A stretch of 64,000 bases of DNA from Felis catus (taxonomy: Eukaryota), in NCBI RefSeq assembly GCF_018350175.1, contig NC_058368.1, positions 43,836,001 to 43,900,000 on the forward strand. Reading direction: 5' to 3'. Within the stretch, counting starts at the first letter, position 1, and every line of letters starts with the position of its first letter. Positions 23,496-38,346 of the stretch are shown piece after piece. A model generated the notes under the pieces. The model had not been told where the DNA came from. It saw only the letters and a program-made list of their open reading frames with translations, and did no database searches. Made by a program: the position numbers and the translations under genes.

Positions 23496-25499
23496 TAGTT
23501 TTTGTTGTTTGTTTGTTTGTTTGTTTGTTTGTTTGTTTGTTTTTTAAGCTTCAGTGAAGGAGTTTGGGAAGTGTGGCTAGTCTGGCTTCAGCATAGTGGA
23601 CATGAGACCAGGTGTGCAGTCTCTGATTGCACTAGGAAATACAGTCAGGCTAGGACTAGAAAAAGCACCTTGGATTTCTATTACAAAGAATGGTAGAGCG
23701 CTAGAGAGGGCATGAAGAGGACAGAAAAGAAAACACAGTGGTATAAAGCCAAGGGAGAAGAGCTTTTGAAGGAGGTGGGCTTTGCTTTTCATTTCAGCCA
23801 TGCTATGAGAAATCATAGAAGCAGCTGTTCCAAAACTTATTTGTCCCCTTTGTTGTTAGAAGCTGTTCTAAGATTTCATGCCAAGTGCTATGCTTTTCAA
23901 GCTGTTGCTTCAATGAGTTGTTTACTCCATTAGCTGCATTGTTAAACTTAAAACAAAGTTGCATTTGAGAATATGCTACTCTGAAATACAAGGTGTTTTA
24001 ATGTAGGTGAGCCATGTGTGTGTTATCAGTTACACTAGCTTCTCTGTTTACCCTTATCAAATAATACTGGACTTTCTTTTGTTACCTAGGCAATGGATGA
24101 AACTGGAAGTAACATCCAGATGGAATGCTAACATTTTTAAAGATGTAGTCACTTTGTTAAAAGGAAAAAAAATAAAACAGAAAGACAATTTTTGGCAATA
24201 AACTAAGGTGAGAATGAGGAAGACATGGGATTTTTTGAAAAAAATAGACTCTGAGCTGTGTCTTTTGATATGATATGGTATCCAGGGATCTGTGCACTAG
24301 CAAGGTACAACAGAAAAGAAAAGAATGGGTTAATTGTAGTATAGGTTTGGAAAATGTTTAGAAATTAATGAGTTGGCAATACTAAGCCATAATAGGAACC
24401 ATTCCTATTTGTTAGGAGAGGCATATTACTCTGCTAACAGCACTGTGCAGTAATTAGATCATTGCTGTTGCACACAGAAGACTATTTCAAGATGAATGGA
24501 ACATTCTACTTTGTCTAGTTCTACCTAAAATATTAAGATGAAGTGGAAGAGTATCCATTTAAGTTTATAATGCAGTAGAAACATCCTTGCTACTAAATAC
24601 TGATATTCCTCAATTTTTCAAAATGTGTTACTCTGTGATTTTTAGAGCATTGTTCACTTTAATTCCTAGTGTTTTCAAGTGTGAAGGAACTTCCTATGTG
24701 TTAGGATCACTGGATATTGGTGATGTGTCCAGAATTGTCACTTCTTCCTCCCTGCTTCGATTCATCCAAGAATGAACTAGCTCAGTCAAAGTGACTAAAC
24801 ATACGGTTATTAAGGATTTATAGGTGAAAAGCATATAGAGATAAACTGAATTATTTTTTTCTTCTAAGTTGATTTAGTCATACCTCTCAAGTTTTACAGT
24901 AACTACTTCTTTCTGCCTCTTAGATGATAAGCTTTGGTTTCTCCTATTTAAAATATAAATTGAACAGTTTGTGCCATTCCACTGTGGGAATAGACTGCGA
25001 ATAAAATATATGGGAGTATTTAATAGAGATCTAGTGAAATACATAAAAAATCTTTTATAGCATCTTTCAGTAACAAACTTCGTAAGTATTGATACATGTT
25101 ACAACCTTGAAAATATTAAGCTATGTGAAAGAAGCCAGTCACAAAAATACCACATATGGGATGATTACATTATTATGAAATGTCCACATATTATCTTGTT
25201 TGGTGCATACGATTTTGAGTTTGTTATGTCTTCTTGGAGACTGACCTATGTATTGTGATTCATTTTCCATTCTTTCTTTGGGAAATTTTTTTCTTTTTGG
25301 TCTGCCGTCTACTTTATCTGGTGCTAGTATATCCACACCCTTGTTTCTTTTTATTATATTTTACACAATATATATTTTCTTTTCTTTTAATTTCAATCTG
25401 TCTATATCACTAGATATGAAATCAATTCATTATGGACAGTATATTATTGGGTCATGTTTTTTTTTTCAGTTCTACCAATCTCTGTGTTTATTTACTTAT

Positions 25500-25685
25500 T
25501 TAGTTAGTTAGTTTTTATTTAAATTCTAGTCAGTTAACATACAATTTAATATTAGTTTCAGATATAGATCTTAGTGATTCATCACTTACATACAACACCT
25601 AGTACTCATCATAACAAGTGCCCTCCTTTACCTTGTCAGCCATTTGATCCAACCCCCCACCCACCTTCCTTCCAGCAACTCTGTC
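25500..25685 (-). mobile_element. Short carnivore L1 3' end
   Basis: tagtgattcatcacttacatacaacacctagtactcatcataacaagtgccctcc. Confidence 0.75.
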
Positions 25686-26973
25686 TTAAATTGGTGCCCA
25701 TATTTCAGGGCAGATGATGGTTTGTGAATGAGATATTTGGAAATCTTTTTTTTTTAATTGGAAGTTTTGTTGTGTTGTGTTTCCTAGTCTGTTTTCTTTA
25801 AATTTAACAACTTCAGTACTAATTTGCTAGGATAGAGTTCTGTCTGTTCTGTCTGTTAAGTTCTTACATATAAAAATTTTAAGCGTAAAGAAGTATATAT
25901 TTATCAAAAATGCCTTAAATAAAAAGGTATTTTATCTAACTTTCCGTGTTTTTTTGCAGAAATGTAGTATTGCCAATATCTGTGGCATTTTGCTTAGACT
26001 GAATCTACAGTGTTAACCACAATTTAATTTGGAAAAAAGAACAAGTGTCTGTCCATTCAGAATTTACTCAAATAGATTTTATATATACACTGTATACTAT
26101 TTTCCTTTTAGCTCACTTCTATAATCATTGTCATCATCATAAATGGGTCTTAATTTCTCTTAATGTTAAAAATCAGCAAATTGAAGCAAACCTTATTTTG
26201 AGTCCACATTGCCTTCACAATAACATCTTTCTCCTATCACCTTTAGAGCCAAAGAGAGAGTGTGTGTGTATATGTGTGTGTGTTCTGCATCTCTAATAAT
26301 CTCCTTGGTTTACACCTCTTCTCAGTATCCTTCTACCTCTTTTTCTATCTCACCTGCATTTTTTCCAAAATGTAACATGAATTTTCTTCTATTATGATAC
26401 TTTCTCCCTAAATTTGGAATACTGAAATTTCACTTTCAAATATTTAAATATTCTTTATCAATTCCTAAGTGTGAATCCTCATTTGCAAATTATATCTAAA
26501 TTTGACATATCCAAATAAGAACTCTGTTTCTTCCCTAAATTTTCATTCTCCAATTTGCATTGGAGTTGGTAACCAATCTCCATCACATTAAATGGCCCAT
26601 CCCACACACAGATTTTAAATTCTTTGTAATTCACGAGTACAGAAATTATGCTTGATTACTCATTTCATTCACTCTCTTCTCATATTGGATATAACAGTAT
26701 TACATATTGATTATTCATCTAAAATATACTTATAATCCAACATCTTTTCATATGTTTATTTCTATCTCCTTAGTTCTTGCAATTATGCTATATTACTGGA
26801 ATCTTAAAGGCACATCTTTCTTGATATCTCTGCTTTTCTATTGCCCCCCCCTCCAAAACCACTTCCTGTAGCATCAAAAGTGATCCTAAAATAGCATTGA
26901 CTTCTGAAAATACTTTAATAATTTTAGGAAATTTTAGGAAATAATTTTAGGAAAACAAATCTGTACTCATTCT

Positions 26974-27174
26974 TTTTTTTTATTTTAATTGATTTTTGAG
27001 AGAGAGACAAGCATGAGTGGGGGAAGAGCAGAGAGAGAGGGAGACACAGAATCCAAAGCAGGCTCCAGTTTTGAGCTTCAGCACAGAGCCCGAAGTGGGG
27101 CTCAAACTCACGAACTGCTAGGTCATGACCTGTGCGGAAGTTGACACTCAACCGACTGAGCCACCCAGGTGCCC
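26974..27174 (-). mobile_element. Can-SINE
   Basis: TSD tRtactcattct. Confidence 0.93.
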
Positions 27175-27199
27175 TATACTCATTCTTAATCATCAATAT

Positions 27200-27428
27200 A
27201 TATATTAGACATTGGTGGTGAGCAAAATGAGTGAACATGCTCAAAAGGTATAATATTCCAGTTATATATAAGTCTGGGGATATAATATACATACAGCATG
27301 GTGACTAGAATTAATGCTACTGTACTGTATATTTGAAAGTTGCCAGAAGAGTATATCTTAAAAGTTTTCACCCCAAGAAAAAAATGTAATTATGGATGTT
27401 GGCTAGACGTTTTGATGATCATTTCACC

Positions 27429-27459
<31 letters not shown>

Positions 27460-27525
27460 TGTATGAAATCATTATGTTCTACATGTGAAACTAGTATATT
27501 ATATTTCAATTATATCTCAGTAAAA
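27200..27525 (+). mobile_element. L1 3' UTR fragment (L1MA-like)
   Basis: tactgtactgtatatttgaaagttgcc...tttcaattatatctcagtaaaa. Confidence 0.75.
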
Positions 27526-28954
27526 ACTCCCCAAACCACTGCAGTGCAATATTATAAGACTACTGAGTTCACACTTTGAAAAATTTGTAAAGATGAGAGC
27601 AAAAGCTCAAGATATAGTATCACATAAAATTTACTTCAAAACTACATTCTCTATGATCCTAACTAGAAAAGTATCTGTGTGTAAATATCCAGGGGAAGGG
27701 GAGTAATGATAATGCTCTCTTCATGACTGAATGCACTAAGAATAATTTACATGAATGTCAAGTGTATATTGACACACCAGAAAAGCACAGGTTGGACTGC
27801 CTGCTTCAGGTGGAATTTCTAACACTTTTTTAGGGTTGTGCCAAAGAGTTCTGGTAAACGGTTGTAAGAGTTTGTACGCTGGATTATGCTCTTTTTTTTT
27901 CTGATGCTGTTGTAAAAAATACAGAAAAAATGTAAAAATATCAGGTACTGTATTGTACTAGTGCTAATTTTTATAATCAAGTCAGATATGTTCCCTATCT
28001 CATATAATTTTCAACATAGAATGAAATACACTTACTGAAAATACTATTTTTCTTTTATTTGGCAATACTGATTCTAAAATTCACAATTGATTTAATGACA
28101 GAGAAAATAAAATACTGTCTTAATTGCTGTTCATTTATTTTGTTGTTTTTAATCAAAATGATCTACACTTCTCCATAAAATTATGTGCTCATGTCTTTTT
28201 AAGTACCTCAATCAGATTGTGATTTGAGGAGTTCTTAGCCTTCTGTGTTACTTCATTTTCAAAGTCAAATAGGATCCACACTGAAATAATTTTATGCTTT
28301 TTGTGATCCAGTTCACAATCTTAATCTCTTTAGAGACTTTACATTGACAATAAAATATTAAGGCCTGTCATAGATCTTTAATTCTTAAGTATTTAAAATA
28401 GTTACTGCTCTTCCCTAAATAATTATTTAATGAACTTATATTTAAACAAAGGCATTTAACAAACAGAATTTCTGACATGTTGAAGTTCCCTTGGTGCCCA
28501 AATTCTATTCTTTCACAATATATAAATGATGAACACACAGTGCTGAAATAATTTGCACTTTATGCTATTCTCAATTAAGTTTCTTACATTAGCAGTCAGC
28601 CTTCTATTGTATGTACTAATCAATTGTTCTTACAAAACTTTGACAATATCATTTTTTTAAACTACAAAGTTAATTTGAAACTCCATTTGATGCTATATCA
28701 AAAAAACAAAATATAAGAAGGTGAATTTTCCATGTATGGCTGAATATTCTTTGAGTAGTGAGTGACAACTCTGTATCAGCATACTCCTCTGCCTGGAAAT
28801 TAGAAAGTTGTTTTTCACATTTATTGTTAAATGCATCCAATTTAAAACCTTCAAACTATAAACAAGTCTATTATATTATCAAGGACCTATTATAATTAAA
28901 ACATGACTAATGTTGCCAAAAATGTGAACAAGTTGCTATAGAAATGCATATTCA

Positions 28955-29077
28955 GGGATGCCTGGGTGGCTCAGTCAGTTGAGCGTCCATCTCCTGAGTT
29001 CAGTTCAGGTCATGATTCCAGGGTCATGGAATCAAGCCCCACATTGGGTTCCATGCTGAGCATGGAGCCTGCTTGGG

Positions 29078-29126
<49 letters not shown>

Positions 29127-29183
29127 GCCCCCTCCTCCACTTGTGCACTCTCTTTCTGTCTTTAAAAATTTTAAATTAAAAAA
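28955..29183 (+). mobile_element. Can-SINE
   Basis: Perfect TSD agaaatgcatattca. Confidence 0.94.
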
Positions 29184-29582
29184 AGAAATGCATATTCAAT
29201 TAAAATAACATAATCTAATGTCCATGTTGTCTACTCTATAGCATTAGTACTTAGTACTTATACTTAAGTTATAATTAAGTAGAATTTTACTATAGTTCCT
29301 TAGCATGAAATGAAAGAGAATTATAAAGTCAGTCATGGGTTGGTATTAATTTTCTTAACAAATGATATAGGTTAACACAAACCATACATTTAAACATGGA
29401 TAGTCATGATGTACTCAAATACATGAAAAGTCTTGTAATTATAAGCCCATATGCAAACATGTGTTTCTTAACATATAAAAACAGATATGTTTCTTTGTGT
29501 TTGTTCTATTTTGTTTTTCTTACTATTCTTATACTTGCTACCAATTACTTACATTTTATTAAGTTCCAAGTTCTATATAAAT

Positions 29583-29604
29583 GTTTTTTTAATGTTCATT
29601 TATT

Positions 29605-29648
<44 letters not shown>

Positions 29649-29806
29649 CAAGTTGGGGAGGGACAGAGAGAGGGGGGGAGACAGAATCTGAAGCAGGCTC
29701 CAGACTCTGAGCTGTCAGCACAGAGCCTGATGCAGGGCTCAAACTCATGAACCATGAGATCATGACCTGAACCAAAGTCAGATGCTTAACTGACTGAGTC
29801 ACTGGG
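29583..29806 (-). mobile_element. Can-SINE, head truncated
   Basis: Reverse-complement body with (GA)n. Confidence 0.9.
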
Positions 29807-30796
29807 TTTTTCTTTCTAAATGAAATGTTTTTCATTCTAAAAATAACGCATGAGCAAATGCTCACTTTACGGGAGGTGAATTAAGGATTAAAGTGGTTGA
29901 GTTCTTGCCCAAAGACATAATACTAGAAATTGATACACCTAAGTTCATGCACATGTCTCTTACCTATTTTCAAGTTGGCGCAGTTTTAATGATGTCATAT
30001 GTCTCCAAGTTTGACCCTGAACAACCCTTCTGTGTGTATGGTTAATGTAACAAAATATAAAAAATTTATGATTATTGATATATTTATCAAGATTATTAAA
30101 TTACCTAATATATTGTTGGATACTATATGTTTTATTATTATAAAAATGAAACAAAATACTGTTTACCAAATGTTTGAAATTGTAAATACTCAAAATTAAT
30201 ATATATTATTTAGTATATTAATATATATCTTAATATCTGATTATTATGTAGAAATTCATGCTAAATTTATCTGGACCTCAACTATACCACACAAAACTAA
30301 AGTAGAAATTCTTTTTACTTCATATAAAACCATAAAAACTATTTAGCTACAAAGATAAGGATTTGAATTAACATTTAAGATAATTTACATACCCAAGAAA
30401 CATTAAATACAAGACCTTTGTTCAGTCAGATCTCTATGATCGATCTGGTAGATACAAATTATCTAATTTAATTTTTGATACATAAAATGTGCTCAAAGCT
30501 TGCTAAAGTAATTTCTTTTTCCTCTGAAGCATTATATATCATACCAAATACTTCTCACAAAACGTAAATATTAAAGTATTTGTCTTGTATCTTAGCATCA
30601 TTTACAAAAAATGTTACTCTTATTGTTTATAGAGTGTTTATAAAGTGAGATTTATACTTAATATAAGTAATTCCATGATACATAGATACAGAGATGATAA
30701 TAATAATAATAACAACAACAATAATAATAATAATAATAATAGATATGTATAGACATGTTTGGATGGCATGGAAAGGTTATATCAGTAATTTAACTT

Positions 30797-31007
30797 GTAG
30801 TGCCTGAGTGGCTCAGTCGGTTAGGTGTCCAAATTCAGGTCAGGGCATAATCTCACGGTTCATGAGTTAGAGTCCCGCGTTGGGTGCTGGGTTGACAGCT
30901 CGGAGCCTGGAGCCTGCTCTGGATTCTGTGTCTCCCTCTGTCTGCTCATCTGCTGCTTGTGCTCTGTCTCTTGCATTGTCTCAAAAATAAGTAAACATTA
31001 AAAAAAA
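30797..31007 (+). mobile_element. Can-SINE
   Basis: gcctgagtggctcagtcggtt head, A tail. Confidence 0.9.
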
Positions 31008-31296
31008 TTTACTTATATTGTTTTAGCATAAACACAATAAAGTGTAGCTATAGATGTAAATCACATGCATGGGTCATCTTGATCAATATGGTCATGGTAA
31101 TTAATATGACATTAGTAGTTCTTGAAAGTCCCTAATGGCAAATAGTTTAATGTTTTTCCAGTACCTTCACATGTAAAGTATTTTTAAAATCATAATGAAA
31201 TATCTTTCCATTTTACACATTACATTTTACACATTACATGGTTTATTTTTAAATGATTTAAAGTCTTTAAAGTAGCCTTTAAAGAAAATAGAAAAT

Positions 31297-32048
31297 GAAT
31301 TAAGTGTTACATAAAATTAAACTGGACCACTTTCCTACACCAAATATAAAAATAAATTCGAAATGGATTAAAGACCTAAATACGAGACCTGAAACCATAA
31401 AAATCCTAGAGGAGAACACAGGGAGTAATCATCTCTTTGACATCAGCCATAGCAACTTCTTTTAGATATGCTTTAGATATAAGGCAAGGGAAACAAAAGC
31501 AAAAACAAACTATTGGGACTTCATCAAAATAAAAAGCTCCTGCATAGTGAAGGAATCAATCAATAAAACTAAAAGGGAACTTACAGAATGGGAGAAGATA
31601 TTTGCAAATGGCATATCTGATAAAGGATTAGTATCCAAAATCTATAAAGAACTTGTCAAACTCAACAGCCAAAAAAACAAATAATGCAGTTAAGAAATGA
31701 GCAGAAGACATGAATAGACGTTTTTCCAAAGAAAATATCCAGATGACTAACAGACATATGAAAAGATGCTCAGCATCACTCATCATTAGGGAAATAAATC
31801 AAAACTACAATGAGATATCATCTCACACCTGTCAGAATGGCTAAAATTAACAACAGAGGAAACAACAGGCATTGGCAAAGATGCAGAAAAAGGGGAAGGA
31901 ATCAAATCCTCTTACACTATTGGTAGAGATGCAAATCGGTGCAGCAACTCTGGAAAACAGTATGGAGTCTCCTCAAAAATTTAAAGATAGAACTACTCTA
32001 TGATCTGGCAATTGCACTACTAGGTATTTACCCAAAAGATACAAAAGT
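31297..32048 (+). mobile_element. Carnivore L1 ORF2 internal fragment
   Basis: aaactggaccactttcctacacc...tatttacccaaaagatac matches the ORF2 C-terminal region. Confidence 0.9.
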
Positions 32049-33413
32049 TATATTACTTCTTTTCCTAACTCCATTAGAAATATTTCATTACTAAGGGGAT
32101 TGTTTGTACATCTTCTAATATGGACATTCTGAAATTATAATTTTTGTATTCATATACACATATTTCATGATTGAAAACTTTCAGATGGGAGTACATATCT
32201 GTTTTTGTTTCTCAGGGCTTGAGTCATCTGTATGTCCTTAAATGAATACAAGCTATTTTCTATTTTCTTCAATTATTGCTTGCTACTATTTAACCAATTA
32301 GAGAACAGTGAATCCAGGTGGTAATCAACTCAGTAGGAAATTACTCTCACAGTATAATTTCACTAGATGTTATGTGGTAATTACCACTGTAACATCAGCA
32401 TTAATGACAGGGATAATTTACTTGTCCTACTGGCCCTAGATCAGGATGACCCCTTATAATACTTTCTTGTGTATGAAGGAGGCTATTTTCATGATTTGAC
32501 ATTTATGCCAAATATAAGAAGTAAGCAGTTTAAAGTAGAAAGCAATTTAATTTCTACAAAATAATTGAGACTGAAATTATACTGAATTAAAGTCATTGAT
32601 TTTAAATATAGATTGGAAAGTATATGTTTTTTTTTTGAATAGGAATTTAACCTTCAATTTATAAAGCACAGAATTATGAATACACATTTTAATCTCAGAT
32701 AAAGGGAACTAGAGTTACAGATATAGGTGAGTTTATTCTTATCATTGTAAATTTCAGTAACCATTTGCTGCTTATAAGAAAGAAGCAATGTATCAAAATA
32801 TTGTTACTATGTCTGATATAACTTCAAGCCAATTTTTTTGATAACTCCAAGCCAATTTTTGAAGGATTTTTTTAAGACACATTAACAACTCTGCACTAAA
32901 ATGAAATGCTGAACAATATAGTTTGCAGGGGAAAAACTAATTATATTTGAAATAGAGATACTCATTTATTGCTTACATTTGGTAGAGAATAGAGCATTTC
33001 ATCATTGTTTCTTGCTTCTTAACTTGATTTTCCTTATGTTCCTTCTTATCGTTTAGATTTTGGATAACTTTTTAAATAGTCTTTTCTCTAAAAGCTTGAA
33101 ATTTGGAAGTAAAAATACACAGAGAGTCAAAAATAAAACTGCTTGGTTAAAAGTCTACATTTAATTAATTAACTAATTAATTGTATTTGCTACCATTTGT
33201 GCTATATATGTATGCATTTGGGGATGATTAGATGATTTCTCTACATTTTTGTTATCTCTTTTCAGCCTATGTCTTAATATCCTTTCTTAGAGTTGCTAAG
33301 ATTGCTTCTTCTGTTTCACTAGCTTTTTAACCCATCTTCCTCTCCTCTTAGCTTATGTTTGCCCCACATTGCTTAAGTCTTGTCTGGCTATAATCTCTCA
33401 TATAAATCTATGC

Positions 33414-33656
33414 TAGGCTTTCAAACGTTGACAATATTGACATTTTGGGCTTATCAATTCTTTTGGGGGTGCAAGAAAGTAAGAAGGGGGTACTGTCTTG
33501 TGAATTACAGGATGGTTAGCAGCATCCCCTTTCTCTACCCATTAGGAGACATTAGCACCTCCAAACCAATGACAAGCAAAAATGTCTCCAGATGTTAACT
33601 AAATGTCTCAGGGTGGTGGGGGACGGGGTGGGATTCCACCTGTAGTTGAGAACCTT
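33414..33656 (-). mobile_element. MER20 (hAT-Charlie) DNA transposon
   Basis: tattgacattttgggc...agcagcatcccc...aaaatgtctccaga...gttgagaacc. Confidence 0.8.
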
Positions 33657-35136
33657 CATTTATATCATGATGTCCCTATACTGAAGCTTTTGTAGATTCT
33701 CACTGTGTTAGGTCTATATAAAGCTTTTTGCTACTAGAATGATTTTATTTAAAAATTAAGTCTGAAAATTCTAGTGTTACTTTATATATGTTTAAATTGT
33801 AGTATCTACCTAAAATATCTTAGTTAAAAGTTAAGTTAAAATAAATAGCTCTACTTATGTATAGGTAGCAATCATGTGCCAAATATATATCAGGCATTTC
33901 TGTAAGACTTACTATGTCTCATCCATCATTTTAGCCCAGAAGCCACAGAGAAAAATAACACGTGTTAAACTAGAAGTATCTAATGAAATAGAAATACTGA
34001 ATGGTACTTATTATAATTTCATGCAAAAAAATAATAAAGGTGATTAAGGGTATTTAAGTGAATCAGGAGATAAAAATGAATTTCTGTTTTCTAATTCTGT
34101 CAGTGCTGATCACCACAAATAAAATGTATGATACAGTATTTTAAAGCCTCCTTTAAAATTTAGTGGTGATTTTGCATAAAGGTAAGGAAATGACAGATAT
34201 GAAAAATAAATTGAAACCATGAATCACTGGCCATAAGAGAGCACCAACACCAATTTCTGCCCTGAGGATTTCTGTTCAGTGCCTGAGAACTGGAGCTGTT
34301 TTTGACAATTGCACTAGCACCCAGCTCATGTGATAAAGCTATGGTCTGATCATGGGGATGGGATGGGAGATTGCCACATAAAATTGAGAATCTAATGTCT
34401 ACAAACAATCTAATGAGGATGAGAAATAAACTCTGACACATGCTGGTTTCAACTTTAGCACTGTTATGAAAGGAAACAAGATATATTAATCACACAAAGA
34501 ACAATCCACTGTGAACAAAGGTCAGAAGACTAATGTCTCCTCTCATTACATTTATTGCCTGTTTCAGTTACTCAAGCTCTAGACAAAAAGATTTTGTATC
34601 AGGCCAGCAATAACAGCAGTCTTCCTAACACTTCTCCTTGATACCACAGAAAAGGAAATGCTGTGGTGATGCCCTTGACACTTAGTAATGGGACCAAAAC
34701 ATAGTTAGCTCTAATTTGGCTCCATGGGTAAAATGGCCCACCCTAAGATACCTTTAAGAATACAAATTCAAGTTTAAGGATAATAGTATTGTATTTTAGG
34801 CATTGATATATCTCTTTTCCTTTAGCATATGTAGATTAAATCTGTGCATGGGGTCCATTGGATTAGGGAGAAGCAAATGTTCATGGGAAAAATGTAACGT
34901 GTTGACATGCGGACTTTTATTTTCTGCAACTCTTAATTCCTAAATCATTTAAAATATTCCCACTGATGCACCCACCTTATTTCCCTATCATATTTGTTTG
35001 GAAGCCTGTGTTGGTTAAATGACTCAGCTAACCCTTGAAGGTGAGTAGGCTGATTTATTATTTATTTATTTATTATTAATTAATTAAACTGTCCTTGCTG
35101 GTACACTCACTGGGCCTAGGGGATTCACATTTAAAC

Positions 35137-35366
35137 CTTTTTTTTTAATTTATTTAAAAATTTTTAAGGTTTACTTATGTTTGAGAGACAGAGAGAGAGA
35201 CAGAGCATGAACAGGGGAGGGGCAGAGAGAGGGAGACACAGAATCTGTAGCAGGCTCCAGGCTCTGAGCTGTCAGCACAGAGCCGGACGTAGCTCGAACT
35301 CTGGACATGAGATCGTGACCTAAGCCAAAGGTGGATACTCAACTGACTGATCCACCCAGGCACCCC
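35137..35366 (-). mobile_element. Can-SINE
   Basis: Reverse-complement body; TSD acatttaa. Confidence 0.92.
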
Positions 35367-35619
35367 TACATTTAATTCTTATTGTGAAAACACTTTTGTC
35401 TTTTTTGCATTTGAAATTGCTGGAAAGTGTCTGAGTATGAGCAGAGAATGATTTTTTTGAGGTGAAATTATAGTTATTGAAAGGTATACACATATTTTGT
35501 GGATACAGAGGGAGAACACAAACAAGACACGCAGGGGGAGGAGACCACCTTCGGCCCAGGAACATATGAGGGAAGGAGGAGTTTAACAATCTTTGTTGGT
35601 CAAGTTTGTTGCTGCAAAC

Positions 35620-36115
35620 TTCTGGCTATAAATGAATAAGGTTCTGGTTATAAATAAGTAAGTTGGAGGATCTAATATATAGCATAGTGACAGTAATTAA
35701 CAGTACTGTATACTAGAAAGTTATTAAGAGAGTACAGTTTTTTAATTAATTAATTTATTTATTCTGAAGTGAGGAAGGGCTGAGAGAGAAGGAGAGAGAA
35801 CCGTAAGCAGGCTCTGTGCTGTCAGCATGGAGCCTGACACAGGGTTCAACACATGAATCATGAGATCATGACCTGAGTGGAAATCAAGAGTCAAATGCTT
35901 AACCAATTGAGCCACCCCAGTGCCCCAAAAGAGTCAATCTTAAATGTTATCATCACAAATGCAAAAAAAAAAGTAATTTGGGGAAGAGCTAGGGGTGTTA
36001 ACTATTTCACTGTGGTAATCAATTTCCAAAGTATATGGGTATGAAATCATCAGTTTTACACCTTAAACTTGCATATGTTATATGTCAACAATACTTCCAT
36101 AAAGCTGGGAAAAAC
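35620..36115 (+). mobile_element. L1 3' UTR fragment interrupted by a Can-SINE (35738-35926, minus strand)
   Basis: ggatctaatatatagcatagtgac...ttatatgtcaacaatacttccataaagctggg. Confidence 0.8.
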
Positions 36116-36487
36116 AAACTAAAAATCTTCACCTTTTAGAATTGATGTTGGAGTATTCCTTCAAAAGGGAAACACTCCAGTATGGGATGGCTATCCCAAT
36201 ATTCTCAATCTGTTGCTTGTAGCTGACTGCTGAGTCTGCCATTTTGACCATGAGACAGCAAGAGGTGGCTCTAGCCCCTACTTCCAGCTGCTTTTCCCAC
36301 CAGTGATAGATATCCTTTATTTTACAGGGCAAATGAATGCATCCAGGTTGGTAGTGTTGACAGATAGGACAGAATGGAGTGAGTTTCCTCAGATAGCCCT
36401 TCCCCAAATAAGGAATGAACCAAATAATTTGAACCAATAAATAGTAAATTTAACTGTACCACTACCACTTAAAAAATATCTTAATGT

Positions 36488-37054
36488 GGTTGCAAATGGC
36501 AAGATTTCATTCTTTTTGATTGCCGAGTAATACTCCATTGTATATATATATACCACTTCTTCTTTATCCATTCATCCATCTATGACATTTGGGCTCTTTC
36601 CATATTTTGGCTATTGTTGATAGTGCTGCTATAAACATGGGGGTGCATGTGTCCCTTCGAAACAGCACACCTGTATCCCATAGGTAAATGCCTAGTAGTG
36701 CAATTCCTGGGTCGTAGGATAGTTCTATTTTTAGTTTTTTGAGGAAACTCCATACTGTTTTCCAGAGTGGCTGCACCAGCTTGCATTGCCACCAACAATG
36801 CAAAAGGATTTAAGAGACAGAAGAGATGAACAGAAGGGAAGGGAAACAAAAATAATATAAAAACAGGGAGGGGGACAAAAGAGAAGAGACTCATAAATAT
36901 GGAGAACAAACAGAGGGTTGCTGGAGGGGTTGTGGGAGGGGGGATGGGCTAAATGGGTAAGGGGCATTATGGAATCTACTCCTGAAATCATTGTTTCACT
37001 ATATGCTAACTACTTTGGATGTAAATTTTAAAAAAATAAAAAATAAAATTAAAG
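36488..37054 (+). mobile_element. 5'-truncated, 5'-inverted (twin-primed) L1
   Basis: 36488-36803 is antisense ORF2 end; 36804-37054 is sense 3' UTR with A tail; TSD aaaaatatcttWatgt. Confidence 0.88.
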
Positions 37055-37594
37055 AAAAATATCTTTATGTTAATTAAAAGAATTGTGAAATTCATAAAAA
37101 TATTTCCTTTAGGAATTATTTTCTAAAATATGAAATTACACCATGTAACAAGTTTTAAAGCACCAAAACTCTTATTTTTTTTAATTAATTTTCTGGTCTG
37201 AAGTATAAAGAAAGTCATATTTAAACATGAGATTGCATTTTCTTATGTCTTCCTACCCCCTACCTTTTGAGCTGCTGGTTATAAAATTATATATACAATA
37301 TTATCACTATATCAGTGTTTAAAAGTGTGCAACATTTTTATTCTCCGTGGTAGCCATTGTTTTAATAGTTGATTAGTTATAATTATACATTTAAGTGGGT
37401 TAAACATTCACCGCCTGTGTTTTATTTTTAGTTTTGTATTCATTCACAATTTTGTTGATTATATTTTATCACCAAGTTATCTTTTTCAAGAATGTCTCAG
37501 AATTTATATATTTCTAGATGTCATTGGCTATCGTATTACTCTCTTATTAATCAGGAATTAATGGCTTTTCAAAAACATGTGAGGATGGTCTTGT

Positions 37595-37930
37595 TTTATT
37601 GATGGAATTGCTCCTTAAAAGATGGACACATTTATGGATACAGCAAATGAGATGGAAATGTCAGAAAACTATTGGCAGGAAATTAAGGAAGGGGATAGGA
37701 GGCTTAGGGATAGGTAGGCATGTTAGAATGCATTGGTTATGTAAGACCAGAAAACCAACCATCTGACTATATTCCCTAACAGAACCCAAAGGACACTTCA
37801 TTTATTAGTCAAAAAAGAATATCACGATAAAGAAAAATTCGCATACCTGAGCGGCTCAGCAGTGACTATTCCCTGTAAGTCGCAGTTGACAATAGGAAAT
37901 GCTACCGCTGATTGGGCTCACTGGTGTCAA
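37595..37930 (+). mobile_element. ERVL internal (gag-like) fragment
   Basis: gagatggaaatgtcagaa...ggaaggggataggaggcttaggga...ttatgtaagaccagaaaacc...aggacacttcattt resembles ERVL-int. Confidence 0.6.
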
Positions 37931-38127
37931 AGGCAAACAAGGCATTTGTTACAATAGAGGCCATTGTATATATAAAGTATATTTATGTTTACATGTATAG
38001 TAACTCTTAATATATATTTATAAATGAATATGGATAATATAGACACACATGTATACTCAACTGAAGTAGTAAAAGAATAATACCAATAAAATATATTAAA
38101 GTTTTAAATATCTATCACAATTTTCCC

Positions 38128-38252
38128 AGGTGCATGGATGGCTTAGTCAGTTGAGCTTCCTACTCTTGATTTTGGCTCATGTCATGATCTCATGGTTTGT
38201 GAGTTCAAGCACTGCATGGGGCTCTGTGCTGAAAGCTCAGATCCTGCTTAGG

Positions 38253-38298
<46 letters not shown>

Positions 38299-38346
38299 CC
38301 TCCCCTGCTGCTCTTTCTCTCAAAATAAATAAACTTAAAAAATAAA
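38128..38346 (+). mobile_element. Can-SINE
   Basis: SINE body, (CT)n, A tail. Confidence 0.9.
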
